Source: a virus
Virus record (IMG/VR): IMGVR_UViG_3300042197_000966
Location: 12,226-76,225 of that record
Length of the DNA: 64,000 nt
Direction: 5' to 3' (one strand)
Shown: positions 28,799 to 36,894 of the stretch, piece by piece
Numbering within the stretch: the first letter of the stretch is position 1
How the letters are laid out: each line of letters begins with the position of its first letter
Position numbers and translations under genes: made by a program
The notes under the pieces: model-generated
The model's database searches: none
Told to the model about the DNA's origin: nothing
Seen by the model: only the letters and a program-made list of their open reading frames with translations

Positions 28799-29580
28799 TA
28801 GATTTTAATGATATATTGAAACTTTTTCCCCAGGATGTGTGGGATATTGGATTGTTGAAGGGCGTTGAGTATAAAAAAGTATTGAATTCTCCAGTAAAGG
28901 CAGCATGTCATTTTAAAGGTGAAATGCTGACCAACAGATTGCAGGCTCCATATCAGTCAAGTAATACTCTGGTATTTGCTAGAATGTCTGAACATGCTGC
29001 TGACTATTCTTTATATGAAGAAGCAACAAATTACTTATCCGAATACATAAAAGAAAATAAATGTGTTCAGGTATATTTAAATTTTAAAGAGGCGGCTATA
29101 CAATCTGGATTGGGAGTGAGAGCAAAAAATTCATTGATATATAATAAAAAATTTGGATTTCAATGTAAGATATGTGCCTTTACATTTTTAGAAGATCTGA
29201 TTAATGCCCCAGAACCACATATAAACAATGGACAGTTAGATCTTTGTGATGGATGTAATGATTGCATAAAAAATTGTCCAGCTAATGCAATCCATGAAGA
29301 TTTTATTGATGGCAATGCATGTGACACTTTTGTTGGTGTTGGTAATAGTTCCGAACAGTTATCAATTAAATGGTTCTGGTATGAATTGGTAAAACCAGAT
29401 ATATCAAGAGAAGTTGTAGAATCTTGGAATACACTAGAAGATTTTCAAAATATTGTATGGACAAATGGATATGAAATGACACCAAATGGTTTGATGAAAG
29501 ATGGTGAAGTAATTCCAATGCCTCTTTGTAGAGTGTGTCAGCAACAACCAAAATGTAGTAAAGTTCCTATAATGTTATGA
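28795..29580 (+). CDS. QueG/reductive dehalogenase-like double 4Fe-4S protein
   Basis: KEAAIQSGLGVRAKNSLIYNKKFG; CDGCNDCIKNCP; later C...CRVCQQQPKC. Confidence 0.75.
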   Translation: MIDFNDILKLFPQDVWDIGLLKGVEYKKVLNSPVKAACHFKGEMLTNRLQAPYQSSNTLVFARMSEHAADYSLYEEATNYLSEYIKENKCVQVYLNFKEAAIQSGLGVRAKNSLIYNKKFGFQCKICAFTFLEDLINAPEPHINNGQLDLCDGCNDCIKNCPANAIHEDFIDGNACDTFVGVGNSSEQLSIKWFWYELVKPDISREVVESWNTLEDFQNIVWTNGYEMTPNGLMKDGEVIPMPLCRVCQQQPKCSKVPIML

Positions 29581-30197
29581 TTTTAAATGTCGGACCATGG
29601 GAAATTAATCCATGTTTTTCCATGCCAGTATCATCTAAAAACATAGATCCAAGCATTAGTTTTCTTCTTAAAACTATGTGCAAACGTGTTGAATGGATTG
29701 AAGATAATACATATACTGGAGTAAATGGATTTTATTCTAAAGATAGAAATGTTTTAGATTGTGATCAAGAAATTAAAAATGGATTTGTTTCTATATGCAA
29801 GGATTATATTGTTAATGCTCTTTGTTATGATACAGAGATACAGATAACAACTTCTTGGTTTACAAAAACTATAAAGGGAGGACATTGTGTTGATCACACA
29901 CACTGCAATTCTTGGTTTAGTGCAGTTGTCTATTTTGGTGAATATGATGAAAATTCTTCGCCACTAGTATTTTCCACAAATCCTCCACAAATAATGGTTG
30001 GATCAAAAAATTCAAATTTCTTAAACTCTTATAATTTGACAATAGAACCAATAAAGAATAAAATAATTATATTTCCTAGTAATCTGCGGCATAAAGTTAT
30101 GCCGCACAAATCAGATATTCCAAGATATTCACTGTCTTTTAATATCATGCCACTAGGATTAGTTGGAGAAGGAGATTCTTCTTATCAATATAAATAA
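29577..30197 (+). CDS. 2OG-Fe(II) oxygenase, TIGR02466-like
   Basis: SWFT...DHTHCNSWFSAVVY, IFPSNLRHKV and RYSLSFN motifs. Confidence 0.85.
   Translation: MILNVGPWEINPCFSMPVSSKNIDPSISFLLKTMCKRVEWIEDNTYTGVNGFYSKDRNVLDCDQEIKNGFVSICKDYIVNALCYDTEIQITTSWFTKTIKGGHCVDHTHCNSWFSAVVYFGEYDENSSPLVFSTNPPQIMVGSKNSNFLNSYNLTIEPIKNKIIIFPSNLRHKVMPHKSDIPRYSLSFNIMPLGLVGEGDSSYQYK
30189..30196 (+). promoter_or_regulatory. Perfect T4 late promoter TATAAATA
   Basis: Overlaps the end of the oxygenase gene, upstream of the 60-aa ORF. Confidence 0.75.
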
Positions 30198-30224
30198 CAT
30201 TACACACTATCATTTGTGATAACC

Positions 30225-30407
30225 ATGGATACCGCAACACTTAAAAAGAATTTTGAAGAGCAGCTTGCTACTGCAGACAAGCAGATTGCTGAACTAGAAA
30301 CAAATCTTGTTAAAGCAAGAGAATACAAACTCAAGCTTGAAGGTGGTCTAGAAACACTAGGACTTCTGGAACAAGAAGAAGCACCTGCCGAAGAAGCAGC
30401 AGAATAA
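30225..30407 (+). CDS. Small coiled-coil protein
   Basis: MDTATLKKNFEEQL...KLKLEGGLETL; lies between its own late promoter and a terminator. Confidence 0.75.
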   Translation: MDTATLKKNFEEQLATADKQIAELETNLVKAREYKLKLEGGLETLGLLEQEEAPAEEAAE

Positions 30408-30413
30408 TCCCAG

Positions 30414-30449
30414 ATCCCTTCTTACTAAATATGTAAGAAGGGATTTTTT
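30414..30449 (+). terminator. Rho-independent terminator whose loop is a late promoter core
   Basis: ATCCCTTCTTAC-TAAATAT-GTAAGAAGGGAT followed by a T-run. Confidence 0.8.
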
Positions 30450-30456
30450 GTGTCTA

Positions 30457-31257
30457 ATGGCATCTCCAAATAGTAGAGCCTCTCTTATCACATATTGTAA
30501 AAGACAACTGGGCGAACCAGTTCTTCAAATCAATATTGATGACGAGCAGGTAAGCAACGTTATTGATGATACTATTCAGTTCTTCCAAGAGAACTGCTAT
30601 AACGGTATGGAGCGTTGCTATCTACGCCATGAAATGAATGCTGCCGATAAAGCAAGATTAGAAGGAAAAGTTACAACCACGAATGGAACTACAAACTGGG
30701 AAGAAGCAACAAATTATATTCCAATTCCAGATCATGTCGTGGGTGTTAGCAGAGTGTTTGGAGTGGTTGGAAACAGCATTCGCAGTAATCTATTTGGTAT
30801 CGAATATCAGATCTTCCTCAATGATCTCTACGCTTTCGGATCACTTGATATTCTCAACTACTTTATGACAAAGCAGTATCTAGAAACTCTGGATATGGTT
30901 TTGAATAATGGATCATTCCAGCAGTTCAGATACACGATGCGTCGTGATCGTCTGTATCTAGATATTGACAAGGACTTCCTACAAGAAGGTCAGTGGCTAT
31001 TGATTGAGGCACACCGTCTCGTCAATCCAAATGATGCCACTGAAATGTATAATGATATGTTTGTAAAGCGTTATGCTACTGCTCTCATGAAGAAGCAGTG
31101 GGGACAAAACCTTATCAAGTATAACAATGTTCAACTGCCTGGCGGTATCTCACTGAATGGCAGACAGTTATATGAAGATGCGCTTGGTGAAATTGAAAAG
31201 ATAGAAAGTGAAGTCCTCAGTAAGTATGCAGAACCACCTATGGATATGATCGGATAA
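30457..31257 (+). CDS. gp13: Neck protein gp13
   Basis: YCKRQLGEPVLQINIDDEQ; KQWGQNLIKYNNVQLPGG. Confidence 0.95.
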   Translation: MASPNSRASLITYCKRQLGEPVLQINIDDEQVSNVIDDTIQFFQENCYNGMERCYLRHEMNAADKARLEGKVTTTNGTTNWEEATNYIPIPDHVVGVSRVFGVVGNSIRSNLFGIEYQIFLNDLYAFGSLDILNYFMTKQYLETLDMVLNNGSFQQFRYTMRRDRLYLDIDKDFLQEGQWLLIEAHRLVNPNDATEMYNDMFVKRYATALMKKQWGQNLIKYNNVQLPGGISLNGRQLYEDALGEIEKIESEVLSKYAEPPMDMIG

Positions 31258-31258
31258 G

Positions 31259-32389
31259 ATGCCTACCAGTCCTTATTTTCCTACCTACTACCAAGGTCAT
31301 CCTGGGGAGCAAAACCTCGCTCAGGATCTTGCTGACGAACAGATCAAACTGTTTGGAACAGATATCTATTATCTACCAAGAACCATTCTAAAAGATAATA
31401 CATTAGATGATATCATCTATTCAAAGTATCAAGAGCAATTCCAAATTGAAATGCTTCTACAGAACGTTGAAGGTTTTGGTGAGCAGTCAGAATTCATCAG
31501 TAAGTTTGGTGTCAAGATTACTGACGAAGTGAAGTTTATTGTTTCGTCTAGAAGATGGGATCAAGCAGAGGCACAGTATAATCCAACGCTTACTGTTCCT
31601 GGAAGACCAAACGATGGAGATCTATTATACTTTCCTCTCACTACAGATATCTACGAAATCAAATTTGTAGAAAGAGAGACACCATTCTACCAGTTTGGTA
31701 AAATTCAATTCTTTATTCTAACTGCTGAAATCTATGATGTTGGCAACGACAATCTTGAAACTGGAGTTCCAGCAATTGATGAGATTGAACAACTCTTCTC
31801 TAGTGCGTTCAAGCTTGTCATGGATCCTGGTGGTATTGGCAACTTTACAGTTGGAGAAGAGATCGTTGGAGATGAGTTCCTAGCAAAAGCAACATCAGCA
31901 ATTACTGGTGGTGCTATAAGTGGAACAACAATCAGCGATGGTGGGGCATTCTACAATCCAGCAATTCCTCCAACTGTTACATTCTCGGCACCTCCAACAG
32001 GTGGCACTCAAGCTACTGGAACTGCTACGGTATCTTCAAACGGTATCGTGACTGGTATTTTCATTACCAATCCTGGAAGTGGTTACACATCTGCCCCTAC
32101 AGTAACGATTGACTACTCACCAAAAGATAACAGAGCAGAAGTCAAGTCTTGGAACCAAGCAACTCGCACTCTAGAAGTTATCAACAGAACTGGCACATTC
32201 ACAACTGCTGAGACAATTACTGGTCTTACATCTGGCGCCAAGTGGAGCCCATTCACTTTTGACACTCTAAATAATACCAACAGCGCCTACGATCAAAATA
32301 GAGAGATTGAGGATACCGCTGACGATATTGTGGATTGGACTGAAAGAAACCCATTTGGTGAGTTTGGAAATTATACAGGTAGCGTCTGA
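31259..32389 (+). CDS. gp14: Neck protein gp14
   Basis: EQIKLFGTDIYYLPR; RPNDGDLLYFP; FVERETPFYQFGK; DWTERNPFG. Confidence 0.95.
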   Translation: MPTSPYFPTYYQGHPGEQNLAQDLADEQIKLFGTDIYYLPRTILKDNTLDDIIYSKYQEQFQIEMLLQNVEGFGEQSEFISKFGVKITDEVKFIVSSRRWDQAEAQYNPTLTVPGRPNDGDLLYFPLTTDIYEIKFVERETPFYQFGKIQFFILTAEIYDVGNDNLETGVPAIDEIEQLFSSAFKLVMDPGGIGNFTVGEEIVGDEFLAKATSAITGGAISGTTISDGGAFYNPAIPPTVTFSAPPTGGTQATGTATVSSNGIVTGIFITNPGSGYTSAPTVTIDYSPKDNRAEVKSWNQATRTLEVINRTGTFTTAETITGLTSGAKWSPFTFDTLNNTNSAYDQNREIEDTADDIVDWTERNPFGEFGNYTGSV

Positions 32390-33192
32390 TGTTAGGATCA
32401 CATTTTTATAACGAAATTACTCGTAAGAATATTATTGCTTTCGGCACACTCTTCAACAATATCACGTTGAGAAAAAAAGATCCGAATACTGGTGCTGTAT
32501 TGGAAGAGGAGAAGGTCCAATTAGCATACGGTCCCAAGCAAAAGTTTCTTGCTCGCCTAGAACAAAACCCAGATGTGGGTAGAAAGGTTGGCATTACTTT
32601 GCCACGTATTTACTTTGAGATGACTGGAATTGATTACGATGCTACCCGTAAGACATCACCAATTCAAAAATACAAAACGATCATTGCTGATAATGGTAAT
32701 GAAGTCAGAGTTCAGTATGTTCCTGTTCCTTATAATATGAGTTTTGAATTGGGGATCATATCAAAATCACAAGACGATGCTCTACAGATTATTGAGCAGA
32801 TCCTACCATACTTTCAACCATCATTCTCAATCACTCTGAATATGATCCCAGAGATGGATGAGAAAAAAGACGTTGCGATTGTTCTCAACGATATCAACTA
32901 CGAAGATGAATGGGAAGATGACTATATGCAGCGTAGATACGTTGTCTATACTCTAAGATTTACTGCTAAGACATACTTCTACGGTCCTTACAGTCAGTCT
33001 GATATCATCAAGAAAGCAATTGTTTATGAAACAGTTGGTGATGCTGCTGTCAATAGGAGAACGATCAAGAGAACATATACTCCCGTTGCTGTTCAAGATC
33101 AAGATGGTGATGGTGATGTAGATACTCAGGATACAGTCATCCTAACAGCAGATGATAATTTTGGTTTCAACGAAGGTATAGAATTCTATTGA
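32389..33192 (+). CDS. gp15: Tail sheath stabilizer/terminator gp15
   Basis: HFYNEITRKNIIAFGTLFNNI; YGPKQKFLARL; QIIEQILPYFQP. Confidence 0.95.
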   Translation: MLGSHFYNEITRKNIIAFGTLFNNITLRKKDPNTGAVLEEEKVQLAYGPKQKFLARLEQNPDVGRKVGITLPRIYFEMTGIDYDATRKTSPIQKYKTIIADNGNEVRVQYVPVPYNMSFELGIISKSQDDALQIIEQILPYFQPSFSITLNMIPEMDEKKDVAIVLNDINYEDEWEDDYMQRRYVVYTLRFTAKTYFYGPYSQSDIIKKAIVYETVGDAAVNRRTIKRTYTPVAVQDQDGDGDVDTQDTVILTADDNFGFNEGIEFY

Positions 33193-33193
33193 T

Positions 33194-33595
33194 ATGAGCT
33201 TAGAGGAAAATATGGAAGAACTACTGAATATTGAGGCGGAGGTTGTTGATGAACCAAAGCCCGTGAAAGTTTCTGGTGAGAAGGAAGACAAGATAGAAGA
33301 CTACGAATATACCAGGGCAGAGTTATACACCCTCATCAGCAAGGGTCAGGAGGCGGTGCAAGGCGCCTTAGAGGTTGCCCAGGAGAGCGGACACCCTAGA
33401 GCATACGAAGTCGCTGTGAATGCCATGAAGCAGGTAGCAGACATGACTGACAAACTTGTAGATCTTCAGAAGAAGATGAAGGATCTAGATGCCGAGAATA
33501 AAAAAGTCACAAACGTTACAAACAACGCCATGTTTGTTGGTAGCACAACTGAGCTTCAGAAGATGCTGAAGCAGATGGGAGGAGGCAAACGATAA
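33194..33595 (+). CDS. gp16: Terminase small subunit gp16
   Basis: DYEYTR; GHPRAYEVA; NNAMFVGSTTELQKML. Confidence 0.95.
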   Translation: MSLEENMEELLNIEAEVVDEPKPVKVSGEKEDKIEDYEYTRAELYTLISKGQEAVQGALEVAQESGHPRAYEVAVNAMKQVADMTDKLVDLQKKMKDLDAENKKVTNVTNNAMFVGSTTELQKMLKQMGGGKR

Positions 33596-33598
33596 ATA
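33593..33598 (+). promoter_or_regulatory. Late promoter core TAAATA
   Basis: GATAAATA overlapping the gp16 stop; a second copy at 33845-33850. Confidence 0.6.
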
Positions 33599-33622
33599 TT
33601 TTATTGTCTCTCAGTTCAACAA

Positions 33623-33727
33623 ATGGCAAAGTCAGCTAACAAAGGCAAGAAAGGATCTAACGGATCCAAGCAAAACCAAGGTAATGCCACTGCCAAGAAA
33701 GCAAAGAATGGGGGCAAGAAAAAATGA
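33623..33727 (+). CDS. 34-aa very basic peptide (not in the ORF track)
   Basis: MAKSANKGKKGSNGSKQNQGNATAKKAKNGGKKK; follows TAAATA; stop overlaps the next ATG. Confidence 0.7.
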   Translation: MAKSANKGKKGSNGSKQNQGNATAKKAKNGGKKK

Positions 33728-33906
33728 CTTTGATAGCATTTGCGATCATAGGAATAGTTGAGGTTGGACCCAACGTTTGCCAGATTGATTATATGAGATA
33801 CGTGGATGTTGCGAGTGTAAAACTTCCTTGCGACATCGTGAAACTAAATACTATTGATATGAAGTCGGAAAATGCCAGTTCCAGCAACCAACTTAAATTA
33901 CGTTAG
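33724..33906 (+). CDS. Hypothetical protein, 60 aa
   Basis: ATGA-coupled to the upstream peptide; IIGIVEVGPNVCQIDY. Confidence 0.55.
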   Translation: MTLIAFAIIGIVEVGPNVCQIDYMRYVDVASVKLPCDIVKLNTIDMKSENASSSNQLKLR

Positions 33907-34150
33907 AAATGACATAAATTGTGATCCATTAGTGACACAACCTGCTTCGGTAACGGTTGATGTATTCAACGGAACAGAAGGTTGGACGGCATTTCAATAC
34001 AAGGACTTCAATGGTGATTATGTCCCAAGAAATTCTAACAATACTATAAGAACTCCTGGGACATTTCAAGCAAGGAACTACGACAACACAACTAGAACTC
34101 CTGCTAATTATCAACGTCATGATACTAGCAACAATCCGATATTAGCATAA
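33872..34150 (+). CDS. Hypothetical protein with internal repeats, 92 aa
   Basis: Late promoter at 33845; stop overlaps the next start. Confidence 0.65.
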   Translation: MPVPATNLNYVRNDINCDPLVTQPASVTVDVFNGTEGWTAFQYKDFNGDYVPRNSNNTIRTPGTFQARNYDNTTRTPANYQRHDTSNNPILA

Positions 34151-35427
34151 TGGCACAGTATAACAGAAATACCCGAGAGTTCTTAAATCAAGAAAGAACG
34201 TTATTCGAAGTCATGATGCTTTCGGATAACTGGGGAACTCGTGCCGATTTTCGCCCAGACTTCACGAGTAAGAATAGATTAAAGACATCTCCATACGAAA
34301 CATCATTCTTCAATACATTTCAGTTTGGTAAGGAAACTGATGTATGGGATGAGACCACAGCAAATGGTGGAACAGCAACGCATGATCCAAACCGTTCTGG
34401 TGTTGTAATGGCAGTAACTAGCACTACTGGTTCTGAGGTGATCCGCCAGACGAAACATGTGATGAGGTATATTCCTGGCAGAACATCCACAGTAAGCTTT
34501 GCTATTCGCTTACAAACACCAGTAGCAGGTGTTCGTAGAAGATTTGGTTTGTTTGATGAGAACAACGGCGTCTTCTTTGAGGATGGTGGAGATGGAAATT
34601 ACTATTGTGTATTGAGAAGTAAGACGACTGGTTCCGTAGTTGAAACCAGAGTTGCCAGAGCAGATTGGAATGGAGACAAGTTAGATGGAAATGGCAGAAG
34701 TAAAATTACTGCTGATCCAAATGCCCAGCATATGATCAATATTGAATATGAGTGGTATGGTGCTGGTCAAGTGAAATTCTCTTACATTATTGGCGGCGAA
34801 ACTCACACTATTCATACATTCAATACTGGAAATGTATTGAGCACAGTTTGGTCAGCAACACCATTCTTACCCATTCGTTTGGAACTAAAGAATGTAACTG
34901 GTGCTGCTGGAACTCATTATCTTTATCAAGGTTCTAACTCAATCATTAGTGAGGGTGTGCCAGAGAAGTTGGGAACAGGTCAGAATATTCTGACGCCATT
35001 AGCAGGTAGAACGATGACGCTTGCTAATACTTTTTATCCAATAGTTAGCATTCGTTTGAAAAGCACAGCACTTCAAGGTATTGCTCTCCCAACAGCATTC
35101 CAAGCAGGAACAACAGATAACACCAACATCTTTTATAAATTAATTTTGAACCCAGCTTTAACTGGTGCTTCCTGGGTTGATATGGCAGATCCAAATTCAT
35201 TCACTCAATATGATATGTCTGCTACTGCTCTGACTGGAGGAACTGATTTAGATGCTGGATTTATTGTTTCTGGTGCGAGTTCAACCATCCAAATTAACTC
35301 CAAAACAGCAAACCAAATAGGTAGAAGTTCCATGGGGACTGTTTCAGATATACTCACTCTTGCTATTGCTTGCGTCAACGCAAACAAAAGTGCTATCGCT
35401 TCGATGACCTGGATAGAACAACGATGA
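34150..35427 (+). CDS. Putative virion structural protein, 425 aa, lectin/jelly-roll-like
   Basis: VIRQTKHVMRYIPGR; GLFDENNGVFFE; DWNGDKLDG; EWYGAGQV. Confidence 0.65.
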   Translation: MAQYNRNTREFLNQERTLFEVMMLSDNWGTRADFRPDFTSKNRLKTSPYETSFFNTFQFGKETDVWDETTANGGTATHDPNRSGVVMAVTSTTGSEVIRQTKHVMRYIPGRTSTVSFAIRLQTPVAGVRRRFGLFDENNGVFFEDGGDGNYYCVLRSKTTGSVVETRVARADWNGDKLDGNGRSKITADPNAQHMINIEYEWYGAGQVKFSYIIGGETHTIHTFNTGNVLSTVWSATPFLPIRLELKNVTGAAGTHYLYQGSNSIISEGVPEKLGTGQNILTPLAGRTMTLANTFYPIVSIRLKSTALQGIALPTAFQAGTTDNTNIFYKLILNPALTGASWVDMADPNSFTQYDMSATALTGGTDLDAGFIVSGASSTIQINSKTANQIGRSSMGTVSDILTLAIACVNANKSAIASMTWIEQR

Positions 35428-35855
35428 AAAACTACAAAGAAATCAAACACCTTGCTGAAGAAGCAAAGAAGAAAGAGAAAGAAGAGAAAAAGTTTTGTAG
35501 GCTCTGTCAGAAACCAGAGACCAGAGATGAATGTTCCTATGGCGAGAAAGCATGGGATCGTTTCGCTGTTCCCATCAAGTCAGTCAAGAAAGAAGAACTA
35601 GAATTAGACGAAGCTGCTTGGACACGAAAGGAGGGTCAAAACAAGAATGGTGGTCTCAACGAGAAAGGTAGAAAATCCTACGAAAGAGCTAATCCTGGAA
35701 GCGACCTTAAGGCACCTTCAAAGAAAGTTGGAAATCCCCGCAGGGCGTCATTTTGTGCCAGAATGAAGGGCATGAAATCAAAGCTCACTAGTAAGAAAAC
35801 TGCCAGAGATCCAGACAGTAGGATCAACAAATCGCTTCGTGCGTGGAATTGCTGA
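35424..35855 (+). CDS. DUF6321-like basic protein, candidate internal head protein
   Basis: AWTRKEGQNKNGGLNEKGRKSYERANPGSDLKAP...RRASFCARMKGMK...RINKSLRAWNC. Confidence 0.8.
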   Translation: MKNYKEIKHLAEEAKKKEKEEKKFCRLCQKPETRDECSYGEKAWDRFAVPIKSVKKEELELDEAAWTRKEGQNKNGGLNEKGRKSYERANPGSDLKAPSKKVGNPRRASFCARMKGMKSKLTSKKTARDPDSRINKSLRAWNC

Positions 35856-35915
35856 CATAAAACTGCCAAAAAATTTACTATCGTTATAATTAGTTTTGAG
35901 GTTTCCATTATGATA

Positions 35916-36068
35916 ATGAGACTGAAAGAAGAAGACATCACACGACTTATTCTTGCCTGCGAACTCTATAAGAATTCTACTGGATCAGAGTATATCTGGG
36001 ACCAGTATAACGAACTTATAAAGACACTCAAAACTTACCTTGAACAATACTCGACAGATGATGACTAA
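35916..36068 (+). CDS. Hypothetical protein, 50 aa (not in the ORF track)
   Basis: MRLKEEDITRLILACELYKNSTGSEYIWDQYNELIKTLKTYLEQYSTDDD; upstream GAGG and TATAAT. Confidence 0.7.
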   Translation: MRLKEEDITRLILACELYKNSTGSEYIWDQYNELIKTLKTYLEQYSTDDD

Positions 36069-36150
36069 TACACTTATCAGTGCTATGCTAATTTTTTCTA
36101 GCATAGCACTTTTCATTTATTGGGGGCTCACACATGCTTACCCTAGTTGA
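36061..36150 (+). CDS. 29-aa single-TM peptide
   Basis: MTNTLISAMLIFSSIALFIYWGLTHAYPS. Confidence 0.6.
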   Translation: MTNTLISAMLIFSSIALFIYWGLTHAYPS

Positions 36151-36259
36151 GCATTTAGCAGCAAGTCAAATTTGGTTAGGACTTTGTGGATTTGGTGTAA
36201 TTGTCCTACCGATCATGGGCATACAATACATCCACAGCAAGCACAAAAATGATACATGA
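36134..36259 (+). CDS. 41-aa single-TM peptide
   Basis: MLTLVEHLAASQIWLGLCGFGVIVLPIMGIQYIHSKHKNDT. Confidence 0.6.
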   Translation: MLTLVEHLAASQIWLGLCGFGVIVLPIMGIQYIHSKHKNDT

Positions 36260-36374
36260 CTTTCCCTGGGGAGTATTCATAATTCTCAGTTGTGGTCTTT
36301 CTTTTACTTTGTATATCATCTACTACATATTACGGATGGCAAACGAGGAAATGAAAGACCATGACAGACACTAA
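36249..36374 (+). CDS. 41-aa single-TM peptide
   Basis: MIHDFPWGVFIILSCGLSFTLYIIYYILRMANEEMKDHDRH. Confidence 0.6.
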   Translation: MIHDFPWGVFIILSCGLSFTLYIIYYILRMANEEMKDHDRH

Positions 36375-36798
36375 AGATCCATATATTTACCGCATTCGTT
36401 CAGTACATAAAGTAGTAGATGGTGACACCATTGATGCTGATATTGACTTAGGTTTTGATATCAGCCTCACTAAAAGAATTCGCCTTGCTGGTATTGATAC
36501 CCCCGAAAGTCGCACGGCAGATCCATACGAAAAGAAACTCGGACTTCAAGCAAAAGATTGGTTGAAGCACAGACTAGAATTTGCCAAAGATATTATCATC
36601 AAGACTGAACTTCCAGACAGCACAGAGAAGTATGGTCGCATCATCGGACATCTGTATATCAACGGGGAAGAAACATCGCTGAATAACCAGATGATCGCTG
36701 AAGGATATGCGTGGAACTATGATGGTGGAACCAAAGCTAAGGATTTTAACATTCTAAAGGAAATCAGAATTGCTAAAGGAACCTGGACAGAAGCATAA
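36361..36798 (+). CDS. Thermonuclease (SNase-like) family nuclease
   Basis: KVVDGDTID; RIRLAGIDTPESR; KYGRIIG. Confidence 0.9.
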   Translation: MTDTKDPYIYRIRSVHKVVDGDTIDADIDLGFDISLTKRIRLAGIDTPESRTADPYEKKLGLQAKDWLKHRLEFAKDIIIKTELPDSTEKYGRIIGHLYINGEETSLNNQMIAEGYAWNYDGGTKAKDFNILKEIRIAKGTWTEA

Positions 36799-36894
36799 TT
36801 TATAAGCATGTAAAGACATACTTATCAAATCGTAACATAATGTAACACTTTTTTCTGCTACATAGCTTATAATAAATGTAGCAGAGAGTTACAT

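Noticed and set aside
28795-29580. 7-deazaguanine DNA modification or a full queuosine pathway
   Set aside because: No dpdA/tgt, queC, queD, queE or folE in the window.
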